The position numbers and the translations under genes were made by a program. The notes beneath the pieces are model-generated. The model worked only from the letters and a program-made list of their open reading frames with translations. It did not search any database and was not told the DNA's origin. 64,000 nucleotides of DNA from Escherichia coli (GTDB taxonomy: Bacteria; Pseudomonadota; Gammaproteobacteria; Enterobacterales; Enterobacteriaceae): the NCBI RefSeq assembly GCF_003334305.1, contig NZ_QOWS01000017.1; one strand, written 5' to 3'. Positions 1 through 9,165 of the stretch are shown here, piece after piece (positions within the stretch are counted from its first letter, which is position 1; each line of letters opens with the position of its first letter).

Positions 1-52
1 AGTTAATGCAACCGGCACGGAATGCAGTCATCTGTCACAGGGAGGAAAGCAA

Positions 53-373
53 ATGAAAACCCCCTTACCGCCCGTCTTACGCGCAGCCCTTTACCGTCGC
101 GCTGTCGCCTGTGCCTGGCTGACCGTGTGCGAACGTCAGCACCGCTACCCGCATCTCACCCTTGAATCACTGGAGGCGGCCATCGCCGCTGAGCTGGAAG
201 GCTTTTATCTGCGCCAGCACGGTGAGGAAAAAGGGCGTCAGATAGCCTGTGCCCTGCTGGAAGATTTAATGGAATCCGGCCCCCTGAAGGCCGCGCCGTC
301 GCTGTCCTTTCTCGGGCTGGTTGTGATGGATGAACTCTGTGCCCGTCACATAAAAGCGCCGGTACTGCACTGA
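53..373 (+). CDS. hypothetical protein, P4-like satellite early region (106 aa)
   Basis: ORF with GGAGG RBS a few nt upstream of ATG; co-directional with and 15 bp upstream of the alpha-type primase gene; no motif recognised. Confidence 0.5.
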
Positions 374-387
374 AGGAGAACAACACC

Positions 388-2721
388 ATGAAAATGAACG
401 TAACCGCCACCGTCAGCCATGCACTCGGCCACTGGCCGCGTATTCTCCCGGCGCTGGGGATTCAGGTGCTGAAAAACCGTCATCAGCCCTGTCCGGTCTG
501 TGGCGGGAGTGACCGCTTCCGTTTTGATGACAGGGAGGGGCGCGGCACCTGGTACTGCAATCAGTGTGGTGCCGGTGACGGCCTGAAACTGGTTGAAAAG
601 GTGTTTGGTGTTTCCCCGTCCGACGCGGCCGCAAAGGTGGCTGCCGTGACCGGCAGCCTGCCACCGGCTGACCCGGCAGTGACGGCCGCCGCCGTTGCTG
701 AAACAGACGCTGCCCGGAAGAACGCCGCCACACTGGCACAAACCCTGATGGCGAAAACCCGTACCGGAACCGGTAACGCCTACCTGACCCGCAAGGGCTT
801 TCCCGGCCGGGAATGCCGGATGCTGACCGGCACACACAGAGCCGGTGGCGTGAGCTGGCGCGCCGGTGACCTTGTGGTGCCACTGTATGACGACAGCGGC
901 GAACTGGTTAACCTTCAGTTAATCAGTGCTGACGGCCGTAAGCGCACCCTGAAAGGCGGACAGGTCAGGGGCACCTGTCACACCCTTGAAGGACAGAATC
1001 AGGCCGGAAAACGTCTGTGGATAGCGGAGGGATACGCGACCGCACTTACCGTACATCACCTGACCGGTGAAACGGTGATGGTGGCGCTTTCTTCCGTGAA
1101 CCTCCTTTCTCTGGCCAGCCTTGCCCGGCAGAAGCATCCGGCCTGTCAGATTGTCCTTGCCGCAGACCGTGACCTCAGCGGTGACGGCCAGAAAAAAGCC
1201 GCCGCAGCCGCAGATGCGTGTGAGGGCGTTGTTGCCCTGCCGCCGGTCTTCGGTGACTGGAATGATGCCTTCACGCAGTACGGCGGGGAGGCCACCCGTA
1301 AGGCCATTTACGATGCCATCCGGCCACCGGCTGAAAGCCCGTTCGACACCATGAGCGAAGCAGAGTTTTCCGCCATGAGTACCAGCGAAAAGGCCATGCG
1401 TATCTATGAGCATTACGGTGAGGCGCTCGCGGTCGATGCCAACGGCCAGCTTCTGTCTCGCTATGAAAATGGTGTCTGGAAGGTGCTGCCGCCACAGGAC
1501 TTTGCCCGGGATGTGGCCGGGCTGTTTCAGCGTCTGCGCGCGCCGTTCTCCTCCGGGAAGGTGGCCTCCGTGGTGGACACCCTGAAGCTGATTATTCCGC
1601 AGCAGGAAGCCCCCTCCCGCCGCCTGATTGGCTTTCGTAACGGTGTGCTCGACACACAGAACGGCACGTTCCACCCGCACAGTCCGTCACACTGGATGCG
1701 CACCCTGTGCGATGTGGATTTCACCCCGCCGGTGGACGGTGAAACGCTGGAGACCCACGCCCCCGCGTTCTGGCGCTGGCTTGACCGTGCCGCCGGTGGC
1801 CGTGCGGAAAAACGCGACGTGATTCTGGCCGCACTGTTTATGGTGCTGGCAAACCGCTATGACTGGCAGCTCTTTCTGGAGGTGACCGGTCCCGGCGGCA
1901 GCGGCAAAAGTATCATGGCCGAAATAGCCACCCTGCTGGCCGGGGAGGATAACGCCACGTCGGCCACCATTGAGACGCTGGAATCCCCGCGTGAACGTGC
2001 CGCGTTAACTGGCTTCTCACTGATACGCCTGCCGGACCAGGAAAAATGGAGCGGCGACGGTGCCGGACTCAAGGCCATCACCGGCGGCGATGCGGTGTCC
2101 GTTGACCCGAAATACCGGGATGCATACTCCACGCATATCCCGGCGGTGATTCTGGCCGTGAACAATAACCCGATGCGCTTCACCGACCGCAGCGGCGGCG
2201 TGTCACGCCGGCGGGTGATTATTCACTTCCCGGAACAGATAGCCCCGCAGGAGCGCGACCCGCAGCTTAAGGACAAAATCACCCGCGAGCTGGCGGTCAT
2301 CGTGCGTCACCTGATGCAGAAGTTCAGCGACCCGATGCTCGCCCGGTCACTGCTTCAGTCCCAGCAGAACTCAGACGAGGCGCTGAACATCAAACGGGAT
2401 GCCGACCCGACGTTTGATTTTATCGGCTATCTGGAAACCCTGCCGCAGACCAGCGGCATGTATATGGGGAACGCCAGTATCATCCCGCGTAATTACCGTA
2501 AATACCTCTATCACGCCTATCTGGCCTACATGGAGGCAAACGGCTACCGGAATGTACTCAGTCTGAAAATGTTCGGGCTGGGGCTGCCGGTGATGCTGAA
2601 GGAATACGGACTGAATTACGAGAAGCGCCATACCAAACAGGGGATACAGACCAACCTGACGCTGAAAGAGGAAAGCTACGGCGACTGGCTGCCAAAATGT
2701 GACGACCCTGCAACAACCTGA
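388..2721 (+). CDS. P4 alpha-type bifunctional primase/helicase
   Basis: 777-aa ORF with AAGGAG RBS; N-terminal zinc ribbon CPVCGG...YCNQCG; Walker A GPGGSGKS at about aa 500; architecture and length match satellite phage P4 alpha as I recall it. Confidence 0.9.
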   Translation: MKMNVTATVSHALGHWPRILPALGIQVLKNRHQPCPVCGGSDRFRFDDREGRGTWYCNQCGAGDGLKLVEKVFGVSPSDAAAKVAAVTGSLPPADPAVTAAAVAETDAARKNAATLAQTLMAKTRTGTGNAYLTRKGFPGRECRMLTGTHRAGGVSWRAGDLVVPLYDDSGELVNLQLISADGRKRTLKGGQVRGTCHTLEGQNQAGKRLWIAEGYATALTVHHLTGETVMVALSSVNLLSLASLARQKHPACQIVLAADRDLSGDGQKKAAAAADACEGVVALPPVFGDWNDAFTQYGGEATRKAIYDAIRPPAESPFDTMSEAEFSAMSTSEKAMRIYEHYGEALAVDANGQLLSRYENGVWKVLPPQDFARDVAGLFQRLRAPFSSGKVASVVDTLKLIIPQQEAPSRRLIGFRNGVLDTQNGTFHPHSPSHWMRTLCDVDFTPPVDGETLETHAPAFWRWLDRAAGGRAEKRDVILAALFMVLANRYDWQLFLEVTGPGGSGKSIMAEIATLLAGEDNATSATIETLESPRERAALTGFSLIRLPDQEKWSGDGAGLKAITGGDAVSVDPKYRDAYSTHIPAVILAVNNNPMRFTDRSGGVSRRRVIIHFPEQIAPQERDPQLKDKITRELAVIVRHLMQKFSDPMLARSLLQSQQNSDEALNIKRDADPTFDFIGYLETLPQTSGMYMGNASIIPRNYRKYLYHAYLAYMEANGYRNVLSLKMFGLGLPVMLKEYGLNYEKRHTKQGIQTNLTLKEESYGDWLPKCDDPATT

Positions 2722-2728
2722 CCCACCT

Positions 2729-2754
2729 GACCGGCATCTGCCGGTCTTTTTTTA
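2729..2754 (+). terminator. rho-independent terminator after primase gene
   Basis: GACCGGC-atct-GCCGGTC hairpin followed by T7 run, 8 bp after the stop codon. Confidence 0.65.
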
Positions 2755-2770
2755 TCCCTGAATTCCCCGA

Positions 2771-3070
2771 AGGTGAACAATCCACTGTTCACCCTTCACC
2801 GTATATTCACCCGTTATCACACTGAAATTAAAAGAGAAAAACGAAAGGTGAACAGTGTGAACAATCAAATCAAAAAAAACTTTTTTCTTCCTGAGTGATT
2901 TCAGCACGGGAAATTAATCCCCTGCACAAGTCACACCGGCAGAATGCCGGAGGTGAAGAATCGAATGTTCACCCTTCACCCATTATTCACCACCTATCCA
3001 ACTGAAATAAAAGGAGAAAACAGAAAGGTGAACAGTGTGAACAGTTCTTTCGAAAAAAAATTTTTTTCTT
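2771..3070. repeat. crr-like replication region: two ~120-bp direct repeats carrying TGTTCACC/GGTGAACA octamers
   Basis: Units at 2771-2890 and 2951-3070 (period 180 bp) align nearly base for base; each has at least three copies of the P4 type I iteron octamer in both orientations and ends in an A8/T8 tract. Confidence 0.75.
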
Positions 3071-3184
3071 ATTTTTAATTGTGCGAAAAACAAGCGACAC
3101 ACGCAGTGTGTATAGATATGTGTATAGTTATATTTTTTGAATATTATAATGTATTACAAATCAATGTGTTAGCTTGTAATATTC

Positions 3185-3203
3185 ACTCCTATTATCGGCA
3201 CCA
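3185..3203 (+). other. att core copy (tRNA-Thr 3'-end-like, ACTCCTATTATCGGCACCA)
   Basis: 19-nt string matching the T-arm-to-CCA end of thrW as I recall it; no full tRNA upstream; second copy at 15262-15279. Confidence 0.6.
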
Positions 3204-3808
3204 TCAAGAAAATCAATAACTTAGCTTAACTTCTCTAAGAAATTGTATCTTCTGTTATCACTTACAAACGCCTATACGTTGTTATGGGCTTTGGTAGTGT
3301 AACACGTATGGGCGAGTAGTTCCCAGGCTCAACCTCGTAACAAGTTCCTTTGAAGCTGGAAGACGTGCCACCGTCTCTAAACCTTCTACCAAAACTCTTA
3401 GCAAGATGTTCCACACCTGGCGCGGTGTCCAATGATGCTACACGTCGTGAGACGTTGCAGAGGATAAACAGGCTAAATGATGGGAAGAGTTTTAAGTGCA
3501 ATAGTGGATTAAAGCCCACCTCTTCAAAACCTAACTTGATCGGGAAAGAATCAAGCTCTAGCACGGTTTCGTCCACCGGAGTACAACGGGTGCCTGATAA
3601 GAGAAGAACTGCTAAGACTTCATAGCTTTTGTGAAAAAGCCCTTTTTAGTGGATACGCCTACGGCGCTTATTTTTTGGTATAACCATCAAAGGCGCTTTA
3701 TGGCTCCTATTGTCTTGAAAATGTATCTTTACTTGTATTGTGTTTTATGCGTAGTCTCCCTGTGTAGTATGTAACTTGTTAATTTTCATATGAATACAGA
3801 GGCACACG

Positions 3809-3967
3809 ATGAAAAACATTGCAGCTATCAAACGGAATAACCGCAAGATTCACGCTCGTAAGTTCCTGTCTACGCCAGAAGGAAAAGCCTGGCTAGAGCG
3901 TAAACAGAGAGAAAACGAAGAAAGAAAACTCCTTAGTGAGTTGAAATGGCTTAGAGAGGATTTCTGA
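3809..3967 (+). CDS. small basic protein (52 aa), hypothetical
   Basis: ATG with AGAGG-like RBS; Lys/Arg-rich; below the size cut-off of the ORF track; translated by hand. Confidence 0.3.
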   Translation: MKNIAAIKRNNRKIHARKFLSTPEGKAWLERKQRENEERKLLSELKWLREDF

Positions 3968-4260
3968 AAATCTCCAGAACGCAACAGGACGCATTCTAAC
4001 GCTGTTTTCATTACTCGGTATAGGGATTATAGGTGATGTGTGTTTAATGCGTCTGTGAGCTTGTTTTGTGCCTTATTTTGCATTTTCATAATGCAGGAGA
4101 GAACACGGAAAGCCTTAAAATTAATTATTGGGGTATTTAAGGCTATTTTTAGGTTATTTAAGGGTATTAAACTTGATTTAATTGATTGAAATATAAACAG
4201 ATAATTATGTATCTTATTGATTTATAAGGTTATTTTTAAATAAAGGTAAATAAAAAATAA

Positions 4261-4300
4261 ATAGCCATAAATAGCTATAAATACATCTAAATACCTATAT
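4261..4300. repeat. four tandem 10-bp A-rich units (ATAGCCATAA / ATAGCTATAA / ATACATCTAA / ATACCTATAT)
   Basis: Read directly; 10-bp period equals the helical repeat, suggesting bent DNA or a phased binding site. Confidence 0.6.
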
Positions 4301-4713
4301 CCCTTCCCTTATGGCTAGATTGCGAGAAGTGCTTAACGCGATTTTCAGCGCCCCCCGATCTGGAAAATCCAGAATCCCCAAATATCAGCAAGGAATTTTC
4401 TTGCGTAATCAACATCGTTTTTACCTATTAAATCATTACACAGAAAGCCTTTCTGTAATGTCTCTCACTAAACTTTCACTAAACACGAGAATGATCGGTT
4501 TTATGTCGGATCAGATGCTAGAAATAGCACCACGTCTCACAAGGGCTGTAAGCGATGAAACCAGTGTTTATGCGGGTGCAGGTCAAAATATAGGCCAAAA
4601 TACATTTAACATAATAAACGTAATATGCACTAAGGAACACATAGAACGCCTTGAGTTGATGTATCAGGGGAAAAGTGGTGGATTTTTTACGTAGGAGCAC
4701 GAGAGGGCTTCTA

Positions 4714-4741
4714 TTGACTTTTGTATGCTATGAAATATAAT
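4714..4741 (+). promoter_or_regulatory. candidate sigma70 promoter (TTGACT-16-TATAAT)
   Basis: Consensus-like hexamers with 16-bp spacer; no convincing ORF downstream, so it may drive a non-coding transcript through the repeat region. Confidence 0.35.
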
Positions 4742-5088
4742 AGAAGGTTTTTTTATGTTGATAGTGATTGCACATTAAAGATTGAAAGCAAATTTAAACA
4801 TAAATTTTCAACACGTGAAAGAGAACTTGTTCGACAAATGATAAAACGTTTATTGAGCAACAATTTTGCAGTGATGCGCTATATGCCGAATTACACAAGG
4901 CTTTGCGAAAGTGATGTAAAAGTGAAGAAAGTAAGAATTGCAACTTTAAGCTACTTTTCATTGAATTTTTTAGTATGGAATTACACAGGAATAAGTTAGG
5001 GATATTCTATGATTTACACAGGGAATATAGGGGGATTATGGCACACACATAGAAAGACATTACACAAAGTGCTATGTGACAAATGGAT

Positions 5089-5300
5089 GTAACGAGAGGT
5101 TACATTCAGCTATCTGAAATGCTCTCTGTAAGAAAGTTGGTAGTAACGATATGTTACATAGACTAATTATTGAATGTAACGATATTACACATCGGTAGTA
5201 ACGATACGTTACATCGACTAATTATTGAATGTAACGATATTACACATCGGTAGTAACGATACGTTACATCGACAGATGATTGGATGTAACGAAAGGTTAC
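5089..5300. repeat. array of seven 15-bp palindromic sites GTAACGA(t/a)A(t/c)GTTAC (iteron/operator/centromere-like)
   Basis: Sites start at 5089, 5143, 5176, 5198, 5231, 5253 and 5286; spacings 54/33/22/33/22/33 bp are all near multiples of 11 bp; includes a 56-bp unit repeated in tandem. Confidence 0.8.
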
Positions 5301-6398
5301 ACAATAAGACTATATTATTTATAATACTAAATAAAACTATATTAGATTATTAATTAGATCATAATAATATTCTTTATATCTATATATATGATCTTTTGCC
5401 TTCCGGCGTTAGCTTCACTCCCTGGCAAGCAGCCTTACTCCGCTACCTTTCGGGCTACGTTGGCTGGCCCGTTCCGCTCACACCGAAAGCAAAGCGTTAC
5501 TTTCTTCGTGTAACTATCGTGGCGGTAACGCCCACGAAGAAATACTATTGCGCTGTGCGCAGAAGAGTAATCACCTAACCAATCATAGATTGCTTATGTG
5601 TTAACTCTCTCTACCTCTTAATTCCACTTCCTACATTTAATAACTCTGTTATTCTCTGTAGTTGTGTAATTACTCGAAGAGAGAGCGGCTAAAGCTCAAT
5701 TACACTCTGCTTTCCTCGTGTAAGTTCACTAAGCCTCAATACAATTTCACTTCCTACATTCTGTAGTCGTGTAATTGTTTTCGGTGGAAAAGCCAGAGGC
5801 GACACCGAAAGAGAATTCTGATCTTATTAATCTTATCTATCTTAGTTAATCTTCTTACTTTATCTACTTTATTATTAATAATAGCTTTATAAGCTCTGTG
5901 TAGCTCTCTGACGCAAGAAACAGCATTCAGGAAGGGAATCACCTTAGAAAAGGTGTTCTTTGCGTCATAATGTGTTTTATGAAGGATTCAGAGGTGTTTC
6001 ATAACAGGAATGTATAGAGGATATTTTAATTAATTAAAAATAAGGGGTCTAAATGCTTCTCTAACAACATTAAGCAGGGTAGGGAATGGAAACGCATTGC
6101 CTACATATAATAAGCTCACTACAGGGCTTTACAGAGCGTTTTATAAAGTGACTCTCTGTTTTATATTTACCATTACCTTTTCATATACCTAACAAATACA
6201 AAATAAGCCCCTTCAATAAGCCTCTGGCGAGCGAAACAGCCATTAGATAAGGGAATGTATTGCTTTTATCAAAATCTCGTCAGAATGCGATTGAGAGTGT
6301 TTTAGCGGATAATGAAGAATAGCACTACATAGAAGAGCACGAATTGTTAAGCAAAATCATAACATACTGAAAAAGATCAGTTTTTTTGTGAAAAGGTA

Positions 6399-6427
6399 TT
6401 GACAAACGTCTCTTTCTGTGCAATAAT
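6399..6427 (+). promoter_or_regulatory. candidate sigma70 promoter (TTGACA-17-AATAAT) for the cargo operon
   Basis: Consensus -35 and near-consensus -10; about 125 nt upstream of the first RBS-preceded ORF, with a hairpin-rich leader. Confidence 0.5.
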
Positions 6428-6554
6428 AGGTATTAGAGGGGACAGGAATAGATTCTTATCCTCTAAATAATTAAACCAATGCACCGCACTTTGAAGCCCA
6501 AGAGGCTTGCAAGGTGTTTTTTCTTTTAACCAAATCGAATAAGGAGGCTAATTA

Positions 6555-6731
6555 ATGAAATATTTCACTCCACAGGATGTAGTAGAAGCCTGGAAACGTG
6601 GTGAGATCAACCGCTTTAAAGTAAGGATGTATAGAAACACCGCTCGCCGTTGTGGTTATCCAGAGCGTGAAAAATGTTTTGACGATGCACTGAAAATTAT
6701 TGATGAACTGCGTAAAGCTGAGAAAGAATAA
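6555..6731 (+). CDS. hypothetical small protein (58 aa)
   Basis: AAGGAGG RBS 6 nt upstream of ATG; first gene after the promoter; translated by hand. Confidence 0.5.
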   Translation: MKYFTPQDVVEAWKRGEINRFKVRMYRNTARRCGYPEREKCFDDALKIIDELRKAEKE

Positions 6732-6753
6732 TAGACAAGAGAAGGAGAAAACT

Positions 6754-6921
6754 ATGAGCGAAACTAAGAAACCAATTCCGCGCACTTACCTTCACGTTGA
6801 CCCTGAAATCTTCAAGGTTTTATTTGCTGAAGCCAAGAAAAGGCAAATTATGGTCAGTGATTTGATGTTAGAAATCATTACTGAAGCAGCAGAGAACATC
6901 AAACAAAAAAAGGGTAAGTGA
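6754..6921 (+). CDS. ribbon-helix-helix-like DNA-binding protein (55 aa)
   Basis: GAAGGAG RBS; N-terminal beta-strand-like segment (RTYLHV) followed by two short helices, an Arc/CopG-type pattern; inferred from sequence pattern only. Confidence 0.5.
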   Translation: MSETKKPIPRTYLHVDPEIFKVLFAEAKKRQIMVSDLMLEIITEAAENIKQKKGK

Positions 6922-6974
6922 TCCTCATTCACTTTAGTAGCGCATTAAGCGTGATTTATAAGGAGATGATTCTA

Positions 6975-7718
6975 ATGTCTAAAATTAAATTGATTCGTGA
7001 AAAATACCAGTATGTTGATAAACAAACAGGAGAAATTAAAGACCGAACTTTGAATATACCGCATTACTTTTGTGAGATTGAATTTATCTACTCCTCAAGT
7101 GTTGATGGTGGAAAAGTTAAGTTTAGTGCAGAAATGCAAAAATTATATTGCTATGTTTCAGATTGGGAGAAATCAGGGGGGATATGTTTTGAAACACAAA
7201 CGAAGTTAAGTAAAGTTTGTGGCTGTAGCCGTAAGACAGTTAATGAACTGATTGGTCTTATGATTAAAATCGGTCTTTTAGAAGAGGTCGGAGAACGAAT
7301 TCCAAAACGTCCTTTAAAATTACGTGCGCTACCTCTCACAGATGCACATATTACTCCCCCAGGAGAATCATCACTCTCTGATCTTTCTGAGGCAGAAGAA
7401 GCACAGGAACAACCTAAAGGCCATAAACAGCCTTCTTTTGATGTTCTTGATGATTGGGATGCGCCTTTACCGTGGGAGACGGAAGAAACACCTGTTTCAT
7501 CAAGTGAAAAGGTAGCTAATGATAATGAGGAGGATGTATTAGAGAATTTTGCCTCTCTTATCATCCAGGAGAAACACACAAGAACAGGAGGAGCATCATT
7601 TATTGAGTTTGCAAATTCACTAGCTTATAGATACGGGCTAAAACGACCAAATGGTATTGAGGCATATTTTTCTAAGAATTACCCAAATGTATATGATGAA
7701 TTTGATATTCCCTTTTAA
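6975..7718 (+). CDS. winged-helix DNA-binding protein with acidic linker (247 aa), possible replication initiator or regulator
   Basis: AAGGAG RBS; helix-turn-helix-like segment LSKVCGCSRKTVNELIGLMIKIGLLEE; Asp/Glu-rich middle; stop overlaps the next RBS. Confidence 0.55.
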   Translation: MSKIKLIREKYQYVDKQTGEIKDRTLNIPHYFCEIEFIYSSSVDGGKVKFSAEMQKLYCYVSDWEKSGGICFETQTKLSKVCGCSRKTVNELIGLMIKIGLLEEVGERIPKRPLKLRALPLTDAHITPPGESSLSDLSEAEEAQEQPKGHKQPSFDVLDDWDAPLPWETEETPVSSSEKVANDNEEDVLENFASLIIQEKHTRTGGASFIEFANSLAYRYGLKRPNGIEAYFSKNYPNVYDEFDIPF

Positions 7719-7748
7719 TAAGGAGGACTATGATTCAATATTTAGTAA

Positions 7749-8009
7749 AAAAATCAAGTAGACAGAATTCAGTGTAATGACACAGGAAAACGCATCTACG
7801 AAACACTTGCTTACCTCTATAAAGGAAAGCCAACACCGCTAAAATATAGCGATGTGTTACATCGAGCAGGGTGCTCTGAAGCTGGTTTAAAATTCTGGCT
7901 GAAACAGCTATCAAATTTCGGTGTTATTGAAATGAAAGAGCTGTCTTTTTCTACATTCAATCTCAAAAGATTAGATAAAGAAATAGAATTCATCTATTCC
8001 ACTCTCTAA
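7749..8009 (+). CDS. second winged-helix-like ORF lacking a canonical start (frameshift/slippage or pseudogene candidate)
   Basis: Open frame encoding ...YSDVLHRAGCSEAGLKFWLKQLSNFGVIEM...; an AGGAGG-ATG at 7730 opens a 15-codon ORF in another frame that crosses an A7 run (7747-7753) directly before this frame opens. Confidence 0.3.
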   Translation, partial: KNQVDRIQCNDTGKRIYETLAYLYKGKPTPLKYSDVLHRAGCSEAGLKFWLKQLSNFGVIEMKELSFSTFNLKRLDKEIEFIYSTL

Positions 8010-8141
8010 AATCTCTCTATGTAATTAAAATATAAAAGGAAAACATTATTATGATAGTAGCTATGTATTGGTTATTGTTCTTTCTCACGTTAGAAGCATA
8101 CTTTGGGGTGTTTTCCTTTAAAAGAAAAGGAAAAGTAAATA

Positions 8142-8558
8142 ATGGCAAAAAGAAAAAACAACGTTGTTAAGAAAATCGGTGATTCAGCTTCTCTTCTAAG
8201 TAAACCTAAACCTAAATCTATTCTAAGACGTAAAGACTTTAAAGAGCTAGTTACGCTCACCAAGCAAAATAGCGCCCCTGGCGAATGGAAAACAGAGATC
8301 ATAGAACATTCTCCCTCTGTGCCTTGTGGAGATGAATTTAACGCCTTGCAAGAAATCTTATCTTCAACACCTGGCGTATTCTGGAAACCTAGAAAAAGAA
8401 AAGAGTATATCGTTGATAGCTCTGATTTACGCAAATACCAGATTTTAGGATTTGAAGATTATAACCACTACGTCGGTTATCTCGCCACCAATGGCCTAAA
8501 TAATTTAGTTCCTGAATTCCAAATTTTAGATAATGCTGATCACTATGGAGACTTTTAA
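8142..8558 (+). CDS. hypothetical protein (138 aa), basic N-terminus
   Basis: ATG preceded by AAAGGAAAAG; no motif recognised. Confidence 0.5.
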   Translation: MAKRKNNVVKKIGDSASLLSKPKPKSILRRKDFKELVTLTKQNSAPGEWKTEIIEHSPSVPCGDEFNALQEILSSTPGVFWKPRKRKEYIVDSSDLRKYQILGFEDYNHYVGYLATNGLNNLVPEFQILDNADHYGDF

Positions 8559-8559
8559 T

Positions 8560-8898
8560 ATGAACAAAAACACGTATGACACAATTTATTCACTAATTAA
8601 TTATTATGAGGATGATTACCTCCTGCCTTTAAACCGCGCTGAACTTGAAGCATACAAAGAAAACACGCCAGGGGCGCTAAATGAGGCGTTTAAACACTGG
8701 GATTTAGCTGTGAATGCCTTTGAGCACCTTTCTAAAAGAGTAGAGATGCTCTGTAAGCGTGAAAACGCATACCTGACAGCCGATCAGATATGGGAGCTAT
8801 CAAACTGGATAGAAGATATTGAATCTGATGTTCGCTATGTAGGGGATGGCCTGGTTGAATTAGCTCAACGCTTAGGCGCTACTATCACAGAAGAATAA
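8560..8898 (+). CDS. hypothetical acidic protein (112 aa)
   Basis: ATG 8560 with GGAG 7 nt upstream, 1 nt after the previous stop; an in-frame upstream ATG at 8533 would overlap the previous gene. Confidence 0.5.
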   Translation: MNKNTYDTIYSLINYYEDDYLLPLNRAELEAYKENTPGALNEAFKHWDLAVNAFEHLSKRVEMLCKRENAYLTADQIWELSNWIEDIESDVRYVGDGLVELAQRLGATITEE

Positions 8899-8927
8899 AA
8901 AAAGCAACAAAAAAGTTGTAAAATATC

Positions 8928-8956
8928 TTGACATTCCATCTATTGTATGTTAATAT
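8928..8956 (+). promoter_or_regulatory. candidate sigma70 promoter (TTGACA-17-TAATAT)
   Basis: Consensus -35; located in a 350-bp gap inside the operon. Confidence 0.45.
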
Positions 8957-9093
8957 AATTATATAGGGGTGATTATTTTTCCTTTATTGGTTCGATATTA
9001 AAAATTCTTCCTGTCATTAAAGGGGAGTAAAATCTCCGCTCCCCGCTTCTCCTCCTTAAGTAAATACTGTGTCATTATACCTCTTTTTTCCTT

Positions 9094-9125
9094 TGTTATG
9101 CATACATCTTGGAGTATGCATAACA
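9094..9125. promoter_or_regulatory. 12-bp perfect inverted repeat TGTTATGCATAC-N8-GTATGCATAACA (operator or RNA hairpin)
   Basis: Read directly; lies between the 8928 promoter and the next gene. Confidence 0.6.
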
Positions 9126-9165
9126 TAGGGTAATTACATAGGTATGAGTTAATAAAAGGCGGCTC

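Noticed and set aside
346-1680. Minus-strand track ORFs of 163, 156 and 253 aa overlapping the primase gene
   Set aside because: Lie entirely antisense within a well-supported 777-aa gene with clear motifs; GC-rich DNA produces long spurious antisense ORFs.
3100-3203. Search for an intact tRNA-Thr gene ending at the left att core
   Set aside because: Sequence about 76 nt upstream lacks the acceptor-stem partner GCCGATA; only the 3' ~19-22 nt are present.
4311-4999. Track ORFs of 127 aa (4311-4694) and 92 aa (4721-4999) in the repeat region
   Set aside because: No RBS before either ATG, low-complexity composition, and they overlap promoter-like and repeat motifs; more likely non-coding.
5137-5248. 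Tandem 56-bp repeat considered as a possible CRISPR array
   Set aside because: Only two to three units, no unique spacers, and the repeated unit itself contains palindromic protein-binding-type sites; no cas genes nearby.
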